Shown: positions 1-10,917 of the stretch, piece after piece
How the letters are laid out: the number at the start of each line of letters is the position of its first letter
Position numbering within the stretch: position 1 is the stretch's first letter
Source: Lingula anatina
Lineage: Eukaryota; Animalia; Brachiopoda
Reading direction: 5' to 3'
Length of the DNA stretch: 64,000 nucleotides
Assembly (NCBI GenBank): GCA_051362555.1
Contig: CM120649.1
Coordinates: forward strand, 15,190,001 to 15,254,000
Made by a program: the position numbers and the translations under genes
Notes under the pieces: model-generated
What the model was told of the DNA's origin: nothing
The model's input: the letters and a program-made list of their open reading frames with translations, nothing else
The model's database searches: none

Positions 1-1133
1 ATTTTAACCCTTTAGTTGGTAAACTGGTTTGTTTTCGACTCAAACACGTTCAAGTTACTAAGCATGTGGCGGTAGGAATGGATCCCACTTGAAGGATATT
101 CGAGCATTGAACGGCCCAGGGATATCCATGCGGTGCATTAACCGGATTTGGGGCTGTGTTGGAGATAACGTCTACAAAAAAACTAATGCGGCATTTGACC
201 AGTCGTTCAGTAATATGACTGTGTCTGATGATTTCTGGAAATGTTGTCCCAGCAATATAAACATCAAAAATAAAGTAGCAGTATGGTTCCGCCATATTTG
301 ACACATGCTGGTTACAAGAAACTGTAGAAATCACATTACAATTTGAGGGTAAATTACATTGTCTGTTCTTTTTATTCTGTGTGGGTAAGAGCTGGCTAGG
401 TCCGTTTTTTAAAATTATCGTTTAATTCTTTTTTGTCTTTTGATACATGACTTGAATGTTATGCAAATTACCGTGACGGATAACCACGCCATTTGGAATA
501 AAAAGCAAAAAAGAAATATTGAAAGTACATTTTTATTTCTAAAAAACACGTGAAATTAGAGAAAACTAAAATCGCAGAATGAGGTTGTGAATGCGGCCAA
601 ATAGGGATCTGGTTAGAAATGTCTTCTTTACAGATGGACTGTGTAACATGAGAAAATGACGGAGAGAGCAACAGTGTTGACCTTAGAAAAAGTATCTGTA
701 GGCAAATTTGACAGTAGGAAGCAAAAAAAAACGTTGATCTCATATGCTAAATTGACAACAATAACAGCATCGGAAGAAATCTCATAAAAATTTGCTGAAA
801 GCGTAAAACATAATACAACTATCCATGTTGCCGTTTAAATATGATTTCGTTTCCATATTTTCTCTACAACTAATTCAATTGAAATGTTTTACCCAGAGCC
901 CGTTGGAAAAATCCCCTAGAGTTATTTGGCCGTTTTGTTTTCTCTTACGGACAGTCAATCTGTAAGCCGGAGTCAACAACCATAGGCAACAAGAAGTATA
1001 CTTCACTAACCATATAGTTTTTAAATATAGAAGGTATGAATAAAATGAGATCCAGAAAGATCGTATTATTGTGCTATTATTGGTTCTCATACGGATTATA
1101 TCCTGTATATATTTTTTCAGTATGCGTCATTTT

Positions 1134-4100
1134 CTAGGTCGCTTCTGTTTCACATATAAAGTTAATTATATGACTGCATTGCACGTCATCAAAAAGCTTC
1201 GTGAGACGATGGTATTGTACACAGTCTTGATTGCCCCAATGGCTATTTGGTTCCCCTAGAATGGAAATAATTTGTGGGAAATTGATAATGCAAATAAAAT
1301 CACCATCAGAAGATTTCGTTTGAATAACATTGTTTTAAACCTCCTTTAATGTAATATATAGAAACAAAAAATAAATCGACATCAAATATGAGTTCAAATG
1401 TGTCATATTCCGCTCGGCATCATCACTTTATTTCCACTTCTATTTAAGAGCACTTCATCTTGGCAATACATGACGACGAAGGTACTATATGACCAGTAAG
1501 GTAGTCTTGAAATTATCTCAGACAAATTCCGTTCACGTATTTTAAGACAAAAGTGTAATAAATGAAATATGAAAATACACATGAAAATATGCGAGTTTTA
1601 TACCTGGGCTCCATGCAGTAAACGGTGCTGGAATGTTGCCCCATCCGGACAATACCCAAGTACCTTCAGAGGCTTCATCTGTTGCTGCAGTATACCAGGA
1701 GTTGGCGCTGCGTGCTGAAGGTAAATAATTGACACGACTGACAAAAGCACCAAATTTTGCATGTGGTTACCTTTTGACATACTATGTCGAATCAGCTCCC
1801 TACAAAATTAACCGATCGGTGAAAAAAATCCAAAATGGACGCCAATGTAATGGATTCTATAGAAATTTAATTGTGACAACTGACACCAACCTATAAGAGA
1901 CATCATTACTGTCAAAGTAGATTGCAAGATGATAACAATATACAAAGCCAACGAAAACATTGAGTATTTTGCAAAGTTTAAGTACTTGTGGGTAACACAT
2001 ACCGTTACCCACGATCGTACTTTAGTTGACGGCTATTGTTTTATAAATCACTGTAAAACGCACTAGTATACCGATGTCAAATGATGTAATATCATAAATT
2101 TCCCATACCTCCGTCGGACATAATATATTGTCTAATAAAAATGTGCTCCTCTTCATCGCCAACGGCGACAAGTCTCGCTCCCATTGACTCGCAGTGGGCT
2201 TTAGCCTGGTAGAAGTTGCCTTTCAGTGCCGTGTTAAAACTGTAGCAACTTGTCCTGAACATAACCTCAAACTGCGGTGGACACGTCACTTAAAGCACAA
2301 AAAGTGATAGAAATCATTTAATGTAATTAATATAATAAAGTATAACGTGTGTTTAAAAGCCACCAGTGGAAATATTATGTTTATCTAGAATACGACCAGT
2401 ATGTTCCTATATTACTTACGTTCACAGTTTAATCCGTTACGGACAGGGCAAGCACATTTACCAGGTCCCTCAGTTAATTGGACAGATGTCCCGCCATTTT
2501 TACATCCGCATTCCTGAAACAATATGGTAGACAAGTATTATTGTGGCCCTTCCTGTATTGACTTTGTCGCCAATGTCATTTATTTATTAATACAATTACT
2601 TATTGATATTCCATACATAAACACGATATTATTATTATATCCTCTTTCTTACTCGCATTCGTACAGGTTCTTTATCTTAATAATATAAATAGCTACTTCA
2701 CTCAATAGATTATGTGCAAATCATCTGTTTTGTATTTTACCATTTGATAGTGCATGACAGTAAAAGAATGTTTTATTATTTTATTATGCGTTATCTTAGT
2801 TTTCTAGGTTTTGTACAGATTTTATGAAAACTTCTATCCATTAATATTTCATACAAGCATTTTAGAAAATATCAGAATTTTCTTAAGCATACATATCATA
2901 TGTATAAAGAGAAGTGTGAAATGTCAGCCACCCAAAAGGGATCTGGCCTTGTTCAGTTAGTAACTGGACTGGATTGGGATCTGGCAGGTGACATATATCA
3001 TCTTAATGTGAAACGCCCGGTTGATCTTTCTGAAGACAAAACTGTACTAATGCCAATTGCAAAACAATCGATACCACAAAAATTAATACATTTATTTCAA
3101 TGTCATTTAAAAGCATCTACATGTATTTTGTATTATTCTTGAAATGAGGTAGTTTGATTGATTAATTATCTTAACTTTCGCTAGTTGTGTCGTTTTAAAT
3201 TGCATTGCGAAAATTTGTTGTTTGCTCTTGTCAGTTACAGGGAAGGGGCACACAATATAAGCAGTGCAAAGTAAGTATTAAGTCGTCTTGGACACACAAA
3301 ATACGCAATTAATATGTCACAGGCAGGACTAAATTCCTTTTAGAAAACTTGATGAAATGGTAATATTTGTTTGATTAACAAATGACATCTTATAGCAATT
3401 CGCAAAATTTACATCGATAGCATCTAACAATTTACCAATAACGCTATACCTTACAGGCATTCTGTTTTAAACATTATAAAGATATTTATTGCATTCTGAA
3501 ATATCTTGGTCAAATTGTCAATTCTTTCATATTATAATGGCATTATGAAAAAATTAGTCAAAACACCTTTTCTGAAACATAGTAATGACATTATGAAATA
3601 TTTTTAATTGTAAAAATAGCTATTTTTATAAATGACTTTTTGAAAGTGTAATTAAGTTTCTGTGAAAAAAAAACGCTGTTTAGCCTATTAAACATATGGT
3701 ACTGTTGCAACGCAGATCCTACGGCGTTTTTCTCTCATTGAAACTGTGCAACCATACATTTATTTTAAAATATTATTCCTGTATGGACAACTGTTCACAT
3801 TGTACCAGATTTTTTCAAACTTTCAAGCAAATTAATAGTATTTTAGACAAACTTGTGGATTAAGTTGTCTGTTGACATTCTAAGGAACTCGCATGTGATT
3901 TCAGTTGCCATCTTGTTAGGTGTCGTGAATATTATCTATGTGTATACACAATCGACGGTATTTAGCTTGGACTTTTCATGGTAAACTACCAAAGCTGGTT
4001 ATTTTGACGAGGTACTTTTCAAAGTGCATATTTCTGAAGGTTTTTACAGAATTTTTACAATCTAAGAAATATACATACACTTCGCATCATTAAAACGTTA

Positions 4101-5200
4101 TCTTTCACATTTGTTTTAATTCTAAAACATTCACACAATGTTGTAAGTCTTTGTTCGTTATCGGATCATGCCAACAGATACCACAATATCTAAAATGTTA
4201 ATAATGCAATTAAATTGACCGTATAGTGGGTCACTTTCCTTACATATTTTCTATATGATTCTTTTAAGAGCAATGCAAAACAGTTTTTGTATTCACATTT
4301 TTCTGCTTTCCAAAAGGTGCATATTGGACTTACAAGCTTAACTGGCTTAAATGACTAACTGGCTAAATAATTTCATTAAAATTTGTATCAAACATGGATT
4401 TAAGCGCAAAGATGGATCAACCATCGTCAGCAGGAGATTTTTTTTGTCTCGAAGAAAATTCATTTCGGCGTGAAAATCCCGAAAAGGGTACCTTTAATTT
4501 CTCAAACAATTTCGTTATATTCTTCGAATGATATCGCTGTTTGTTTGTTTGTTTTTGTTTGTTTTTTAATAATTCTACATAAGTTAGCTATTTTCTACTT
4601 TGACCTTTTCATTTCTTTTTTTCAACTTTTCTGTTTTAATAAACATTTGCATGACTTAACTGTTTCTAATAGCATCAGCAATAATATAAATACTGCAGCT
4701 AAAACTTAAAAGAGATCCGTTAGAAACAGAAGAAACAGTTACAAAGATATTTCGTTACCAGATGATAATACGCTAATGATATACCCGAGGTGTAACTTGA
4801 ATTAAGATAAAATGCAACATGTTGTCTCGACATGGATCCTTTTAACTGATAAAATATAACTTACCAGACAAGATACTGTGCGATTACATGCCTCTAAGTA
4901 GGAGCAGTTCGGGTCACTCAACAGGAACTCCGCCTGGATGTCGAAACAGTTGAAATTGGTAAGAGCACAAGTCTTTGTTTTACCGCAGTAATATGCAGCT
5001 AGGCAGCTATTGTGTCCTAGACAGTGGAGTGCGCACTCCTTTTTAGACAAAGAACATGTCGTCTGAAGAATTAAATCATCAATAAATTTCGTCTGAGGCT
5101 GAACCCGAAACCATAAAGATGAAGAATTCGACATGCCAAACCATATCATAAGTAGAGCACATTCTGACAAAAGGACAGTCACAATATTCTTCGTTGACAT
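1134..5200 (-). CDS. Secreted PAN/Apple-EGF-C-type lectin, tandem copy 1 (5 exons, ~280 aa)
   Basis: Exons 5200-4865, 2513-2420, 2288-2109, 1714-1604 and 1255-1134 have GT-AG ends and compatible phases (843 nt). They encode a signal peptide (MSTKNIVTVLLSECALLMIWFG), a PAN pattern (CALHCLGHNSCLAAYYCGKTKTCAL), an EGF (ECGCKNGGTSV...KCACPVRNGLNCE) and a CTL domain (CPPQF..SCYSF..AKAHCESMGARLV..W..GEPNSHWGNQDCV..FDDVQC..FICE). Confidence 0.88.
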
Positions 5201-7446
5201 CTTCAAACTGCTCTTTGAATTCTTCTATAACCTTTACATAAAATTTGTTCCCAGCATCTATTGGTACACCTACCGCCGGAGTCTGCAGACTCGTTTTAAG
5301 ATTAATCCGAAGCGTCCTTTTTTGTGACACAGAAACGCTGCTTATTGTGTATTGCGCCACTGACAAAAATTAAAAATTGATATGGCACTTAGTAAAGATT
5401 AAACCATTCACTGTAATTGCGATCTTAAGCCATCTTTCTTGCGTGTTAATTGCAGTTTTGATTGATTGGCTGGATTTCATCAGATTTATCATATAAAACA
5501 GATGGGGTTTTGAAAAAAATTGTTTGCTATTGTCAGTTATAGGAAAATGTTAAACCAGTGCAAATCAGTTTCAAGTGAAATGTATATATAAACGAAAAAT
5601 TAGAATTACAAAAGAAAAAACGAAAGAAACAATCCTGAAAATTTATCTGTGATGAAAATCTATTGTTAAAAAAGGACCCCCTAATACCTCTTCCCACCTA
5701 TCATAATGTGTTTACAAAAAGAGTAATAACATGTAAGCAAAAAATAATCTGACTTTCAGTGACATAAAACCACCTTGGAGACCTATCGTGTCATAGACGT
5801 GTGACTTAAATTTCTCCTGGCCCTAAAGAATCCCCGAAACGCTTTTGTCATTAAATATATTTGCTTTATTATCGTGCGTGCAACCCGCTAATGGCTAAAT
5901 ACCTCTGCAGATTTCTCAATTAACATTTATTACTTCGTTTCATGAAAAATATTGTCTTGCGGAGGAGCCACGTTACTGTCTACTAGCTGATTCCCATTAC
6001 ATCAATCACTGAACCATGATAAGAGATTAGTATACATCATTTGTAGAATCTTTTTTATATACTACACGGTAAGTAGTGCATTAATCAGATTTGGGACTGT
6101 GTTGGAGATTACAGCACGTCTACAGAAAACTAATGCTGCATGTGTCAAGTCGCTCTGAAGTACTGGTTTATCTGTCTTTAAGACTGGAAATTGTGTGCCA
6201 TCACCTTAATATTTCACCAATAATGCAGCGGTATGGTTAGGTCATATTTCAAAAGTGCGGTTTACAAGAAACGGGGGTAAAATTGCATTACAACTTGAGG
6301 GTTAGTTACATAGTCTATACTTTTTATTCTATTCGCAAGTGCTGGTTCAGTCTGCTTTAATTATCGTTTAATTCTCTTTTGTCTTTTGATACACTTCTTG
6401 CAATTCACGAAACACGACCTAAATGTTATGCAAAATACTACGGCGGATAACCACGCCTTTTGAAAGAAAAACACAACAAATCATTGCATATACATTACTT
6501 TATTTCTAATAAACACGTAAAAATTAGAGGAATTTAAAATCGCAGAATGAGGATAATGCTCTGGGTATCGCTGAAAATATATGCTATATCATAAACGTCA
6601 TAATATGTACATTTCATACAGGATTTTAGAGATATTCCGACAGACGACAACATCACACCACATCCAAACAGGAAAAAATATACCATCCGGTTGCTGAACA
6701 GGATCCAGCAGTCATGTACGATGACCAACAACTATACCAGATAAAGTGTAAATAAAAAATTACTCGGGACACAATGGATGATGCAAATATATTAGCTTAT
6801 TAATGCATTCCACGCATCTAAATATCTGACAGACTAAATGGAAGCAAAATTTCTTCCTGACGAAATTTAATGAAAACGTACACGACATGTAGTACTGGAA
6901 GCGCACAAGCATAAGATACCAGTACGTCACGTATATTAGTACCTGTTCAGACAGCCAATGTTTGTAATCCTAGGTTTTATTTAGTCTTAATATAGTCTTA
7001 TATATAGTCTTACGGCAGCCACAAACATTGGATTTTTGCCTAAGAGAAACAATTACAATTCTTATTATTTGCATGCATGAGACGATTAAAAGAAATGTGC
7101 ATTTGTATACAAAACCATAGAATTCCATTTATGTAACGGTGCATGTAGTCATCTAAAAGAGCAATCCGGTTAGAAATGTCTTCATTACAAATGGACGGTG
7201 TAACATAAGAAAATGACGGAGAGAGCAGCAGTGTTGACGTTAGAAAAAGTATCCTAGGCAAATTTGACAGCAGGCACCATAAAAATGTTGATCTCATAAG
7301 CTAAATTGACAACAATAACAGCATCGGAAGAAATCTTATTAATTATCTTGAAAGCGTAAAACATGATACAACTATCCATGTTGCCATTTAAGTATGATGA
7401 CGATTCCGTATTTTCTCTACAACTAATTCAATTGAAATGTTTTACC

Positions 7447-8599
7447 CATGGCCAGAAATGCGCAGCATTCAGGCCATACGCCAGGGCGCTACAGTAGGGC
7501 TTCACGTGACTCAACTAGCCAATCACAGCACAACAATGGCATCGCACACACACACTCTGTTATAAGTGCTCAGCCCATTGTCAAGTAGTGTTAGTTCATG
7601 GTAACAAGCGTCTGACATGTGCAGAGAAGTTTATTGTAATATATATTGTTGTTATTGTTACATTATTAAATCTAACTCTGTATCCAAGTAGTAACTATAC
7701 TGTACCAAGTCAGGTACTGATGATGTGCAGAGGTCATATATTCCGGAATAAGCCATTACCACTAATTTATAACTTTAATTTTGTTTAATATGTTATTCAT
7801 GAAAGAGTTCATGAAATATTATTTTAATTGGTTAAATCGTGATCTTATTCTTTTTATATTCAAAAAATTGAATAATGTGGGTAAAACTGGTCTTCCACTT
7901 CTCATTTGCATTTTTCCTTTACTACAAGATTATTTTGGAACAGTTGCAGCATTAAAATTTAAAAGAAATAGCAATCTGAAAGAAGAATTTTGCATTATTA
8001 TTAAATGATGATAGGAATTTTGGATTAAGAGATTAGTTAAATACTGAGTAGCGATATTGTCAGTCAATTTATGTAGAATCTGATAATATGATTGAAATAC
8101 TGATTGAATTCTTGGCCTTGCACTGGGCGGTTTCACATTTGTGCCAAGTGCTTTTTTTGGACTCCATTGTACAGTGGTAAAAGTTCTTCAATTGCCATGA
8201 AAGTTTTTAATCACACTCTGTATGGTGGTGCTATCTGCTGGTGCTATCGGCAACGAATGAGTTTGCCTTTGTTTCTGAGTGAATCAACCGTCTAAAATCA
8301 CTATTTCTGAAAATATGTGCGTTTTGCTGAGGGTAGGCTAGGCAATACACGGCAAACTTCTTAGTACGTGTGTACAACAGAATTTTTTCTAAAAACCTAG
8401 CGATATTTGGTGAGGAGTTGCTTGAAGCATAGCACAGCGTTGCTGTCTATCGGCATCAGGTCGTTAGTTTGTCAGTTATCACGAATTACCCACGAATCGT
8501 GAACCCATTCATTTTCCTATGGCAATCTAGCAACTCATTAAAAGTACACGCATGCGCAGTTGGCTAAGTGTGGCGTCATGCAGTGCATTTCTGGGGATG
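7447..8599. mobile_element. Non-autonomous DNA transposon, ~1.15 kb, with ~22-bp imperfect TIRs
   Basis: Left end catggccagaaatgcgcagcat; reverse complement of right end catccccagaaatgcactgcat. It is absent at the homologous sites in copies 1 (~890) and 3 (~18355). Confidence 0.72.
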
Positions 8600-8819
8600 C
8601 CAGGGCTCGTTGGAAAAAATCCCCTAGAGTTATTTTTCCGTTTTGTTTTCTCTTACGGACAGTCAATCTGTAATGCCCCTATTTCACACAGACCACGAAT
8701 CCCACGAATCGCCAGGAATTGACAAATTTCAGGATTCGTGGTGGAATCGTAATCAGTTCGTGAAGTTCTTAACAGATTCGTATATATTCGTAGTCAGTTC
8801 TAGCAATTCTTGACCAACA

Positions 8820-9587
8820 TACCCTGAGTGTCAGAGCAACGTGAAAGTTAGTTTGTTTAATATTTAATATACCTTGGACTCACTTTCACCAGCTCTGACG
8901 AACAGCGACAATCTGAGGGCGTTCTTCTTCAAATTTTTGCCTGGGGCGCTTCCATATTTGGAAGTCACGCGTCACAGCTGTGTCCGCCTGGATCCATATT
9001 TGGAAGTCATAAGTCTCGTACGTCACAGGTTTAGCCGCCTGGAGCTGACCTTATCTCGTGCAGACGAGACAAGAATCAAAGTGTCTGACGCGAATTTAGA
9101 AGTTTGAATTGAAAATATCTTGCAGTCGAAGGTCAGTGTCACAATACAAGCAACATTCTGCTTTAAAAATTGATTTTGGTGTAGCCGTTGCTCACCCTTA
9201 TAGTGGTATCGGGCATCCAGCGTAGCTGACAAACTTGGCACAAAACGGCAAGGACGTGTATTGTGTCTATTATCTCAGGACTAAATGTTCTTTTATAAGC
9301 AAAAATACAAAAACATTGGATATACCTTTTTCTTTTAGGAACATATTATTTATTTCTCATTTAACATATCTTAAATACAGCAAATAAAATTGAATAAAGC
9401 AGAATTAAATCTATTTTACGTTTCATTTTGGTCTGATGACATTCAACTGCACATTCACTGCGGAGCAGTTCTGTTTGATTGACGGGAGCCTAACGTGGCC
9501 GCTGTGCACTAGACCCTGGTATTGCGATATGGGTTATATATGAAATCAAGATCGAGCTGGCAATACCGGAATCTAGAACCTAGGGTA
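8820..9587. mobile_element. Nested non-autonomous DNA transposon with 8-bp TSD (hAT-like)
   Basis: Ends taccctgagtgtcagag... / ...ctagaacctagggta, flanked by the exact direct repeat gaccaaca (8812-8819 and 9588-9595). Confidence 0.72.
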
Positions 9588-9900
9588 GACCAACAGGAAT
9601 TCGTGGCAAATACTTTGATGCCCCTATTTCACACAGACCACGAATCCTACGAATCGCCAGGAATTGACAAATTTCAGGATTCGTGGTTGAATCGAAATCA
9701 GTTCGTGAAGTAGTCTACTTAACAGATTCGTATATAATCGTAGTCAGTTCTTGCAATTCTTGATCAATCGAGAGCTTTTCAAAATTTTGGTCACGAACTC
9801 CCGATTCCAAAAAATCTTAGTGAATTTTTTGACAATATTCGTGCGATTCCAGCCGAATCCCACGAATATTCATAACACTATCGCACCTGTATCGTAACTG

Positions 9901-10616
9901 GGGCCGGTTTCACGAAGCGGTAGTTAGTTAGCGATCGGTCGTTAGCCTCTCGCTAGTTATGAGTGCCGTTTCACGAAGCAATCGCTCGTTCTCTCGCTAG
10001 TTATTGTCTCGTTGTTACCTTGGATATTTAACGATTGGTCAGACCAGTCGCTAACTCTAGAGTTTAATCGTACGCATGCGTAATGAGTGAAATAAAAAGG
10101 TTGCTTAGTTACCGTTGTCTGTCGTTTGTCTTTGTATCCTTTCTTGCTATTCGCCAGACGGCAACGTAGACTACGACGTTTTCATGAAAGGCAGAATATA
10201 TTAGAATATACACACGATGATGCAATTTACGAGAGATTGCGCCTAGCTGTGACAAAAAGAGCGGCAAAAAGGTGGTGGAGATCCTTTACAACGACCTCAA
10301 AGCAGACGTTCTTATGCATTTCCAGCCACCAAAAATTGGAGAGTTAGTGCTTTCGTGACACTTTTACGCAAGAGCTCCACTTCCGGCAGACGGTTTCAAG
10401 ACTACGGTGAGTAACGCGAGAACTAACGACCGAACTTTACGACTGAACTTAGCGATGAGTTAACGACTGCTTCGTGAAACACCCTTCAGTTTTCTCGTTA
10501 GTGAGATAGTTCAGTAGTTAGTTGTTCTAACTAATGGGGCAATCAAGACTGTGTACAATACCATCATCTCACGAAGCTTTTCTGTTCTAACTAACTACTG
10601 CTTCGTGAAACGGCCC
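9901..10616 (+). mobile_element. Nested internally deleted Harbinger element with a transposase N-terminal remnant
   Basis: TIRs gggccggtttcacgaagcggtagttagttag / ctaactaactactgcttcgtgaaacggccc with CTG TSD. ORF 10126+ (RRQRRLRRFHERQNILEYTHDDAIYERLRL) resembles the start of Harbinger/HARBI1-like transposases. Confidence 0.72.
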
Positions 10617-10917
10617 CTGAATTGTAGGCCTAGAGCATGTCAAATTAGCCAGAAAATTTGCAAAATCTCGCGAATCCTCACGAATCCTGAAATTTGTCAA
10701 TTCTTGGCGATTCGTGGGATTCGTGGTCTGTGTAAAATAGGGGCATAAGCCGTGGTCAACAAACCATAGGCAACAAGAAGTATAATTAACTAACCATATA
10801 GTTTTTAAATATAGAAGGTATGATTAAAATGAGATCCAGAAAGATCGTATTATTGTGCTAATATTGGTTCTCATACGAATTGCATCCTGTATATATTTTT
10901 CCAGTATGCGTCGTTTT

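Larger units (their letters stand above)
8674..10745. mobile_element. PIF/Harbinger-type non-autonomous element with TAA target duplication; composite, with a second left end at 9619
   Basis: Long TIRs tgcccctatttcacacagaccacgaatcccacgaatcgcc... / ...ggcgattcgtgggattcgtggtctgtgtaaaataggggca flanked by TAA. The empty site 'ctgtaagccg' is present in copy 1 (~960). Confidence 0.8.

Noticed and set aside
50-334. ORFs on both strands in a block repeated at ~6075-6290 and ~17500-17790, first considered as a last lectin exon
   Set aside because: The true last exon is 1134-1255. Stops and indels differ between copies and no domain is recognisable, so it is treated as duplicated flank, possibly an old relic.
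1071-1259. Recurring plus-strand ORFs (also 10855-11142 and 18509-18799) that look like a conserved small membrane protein
   Set aside because: They are the antisense shadow of lectin exon 5 and its 3'UTR, with variable starts and stops.
2900-3142. 80-aa ORF in intron 1 of lectin copy 1
   Set aside because: No recognisable motif or splice context, and it is absent from the other copies.
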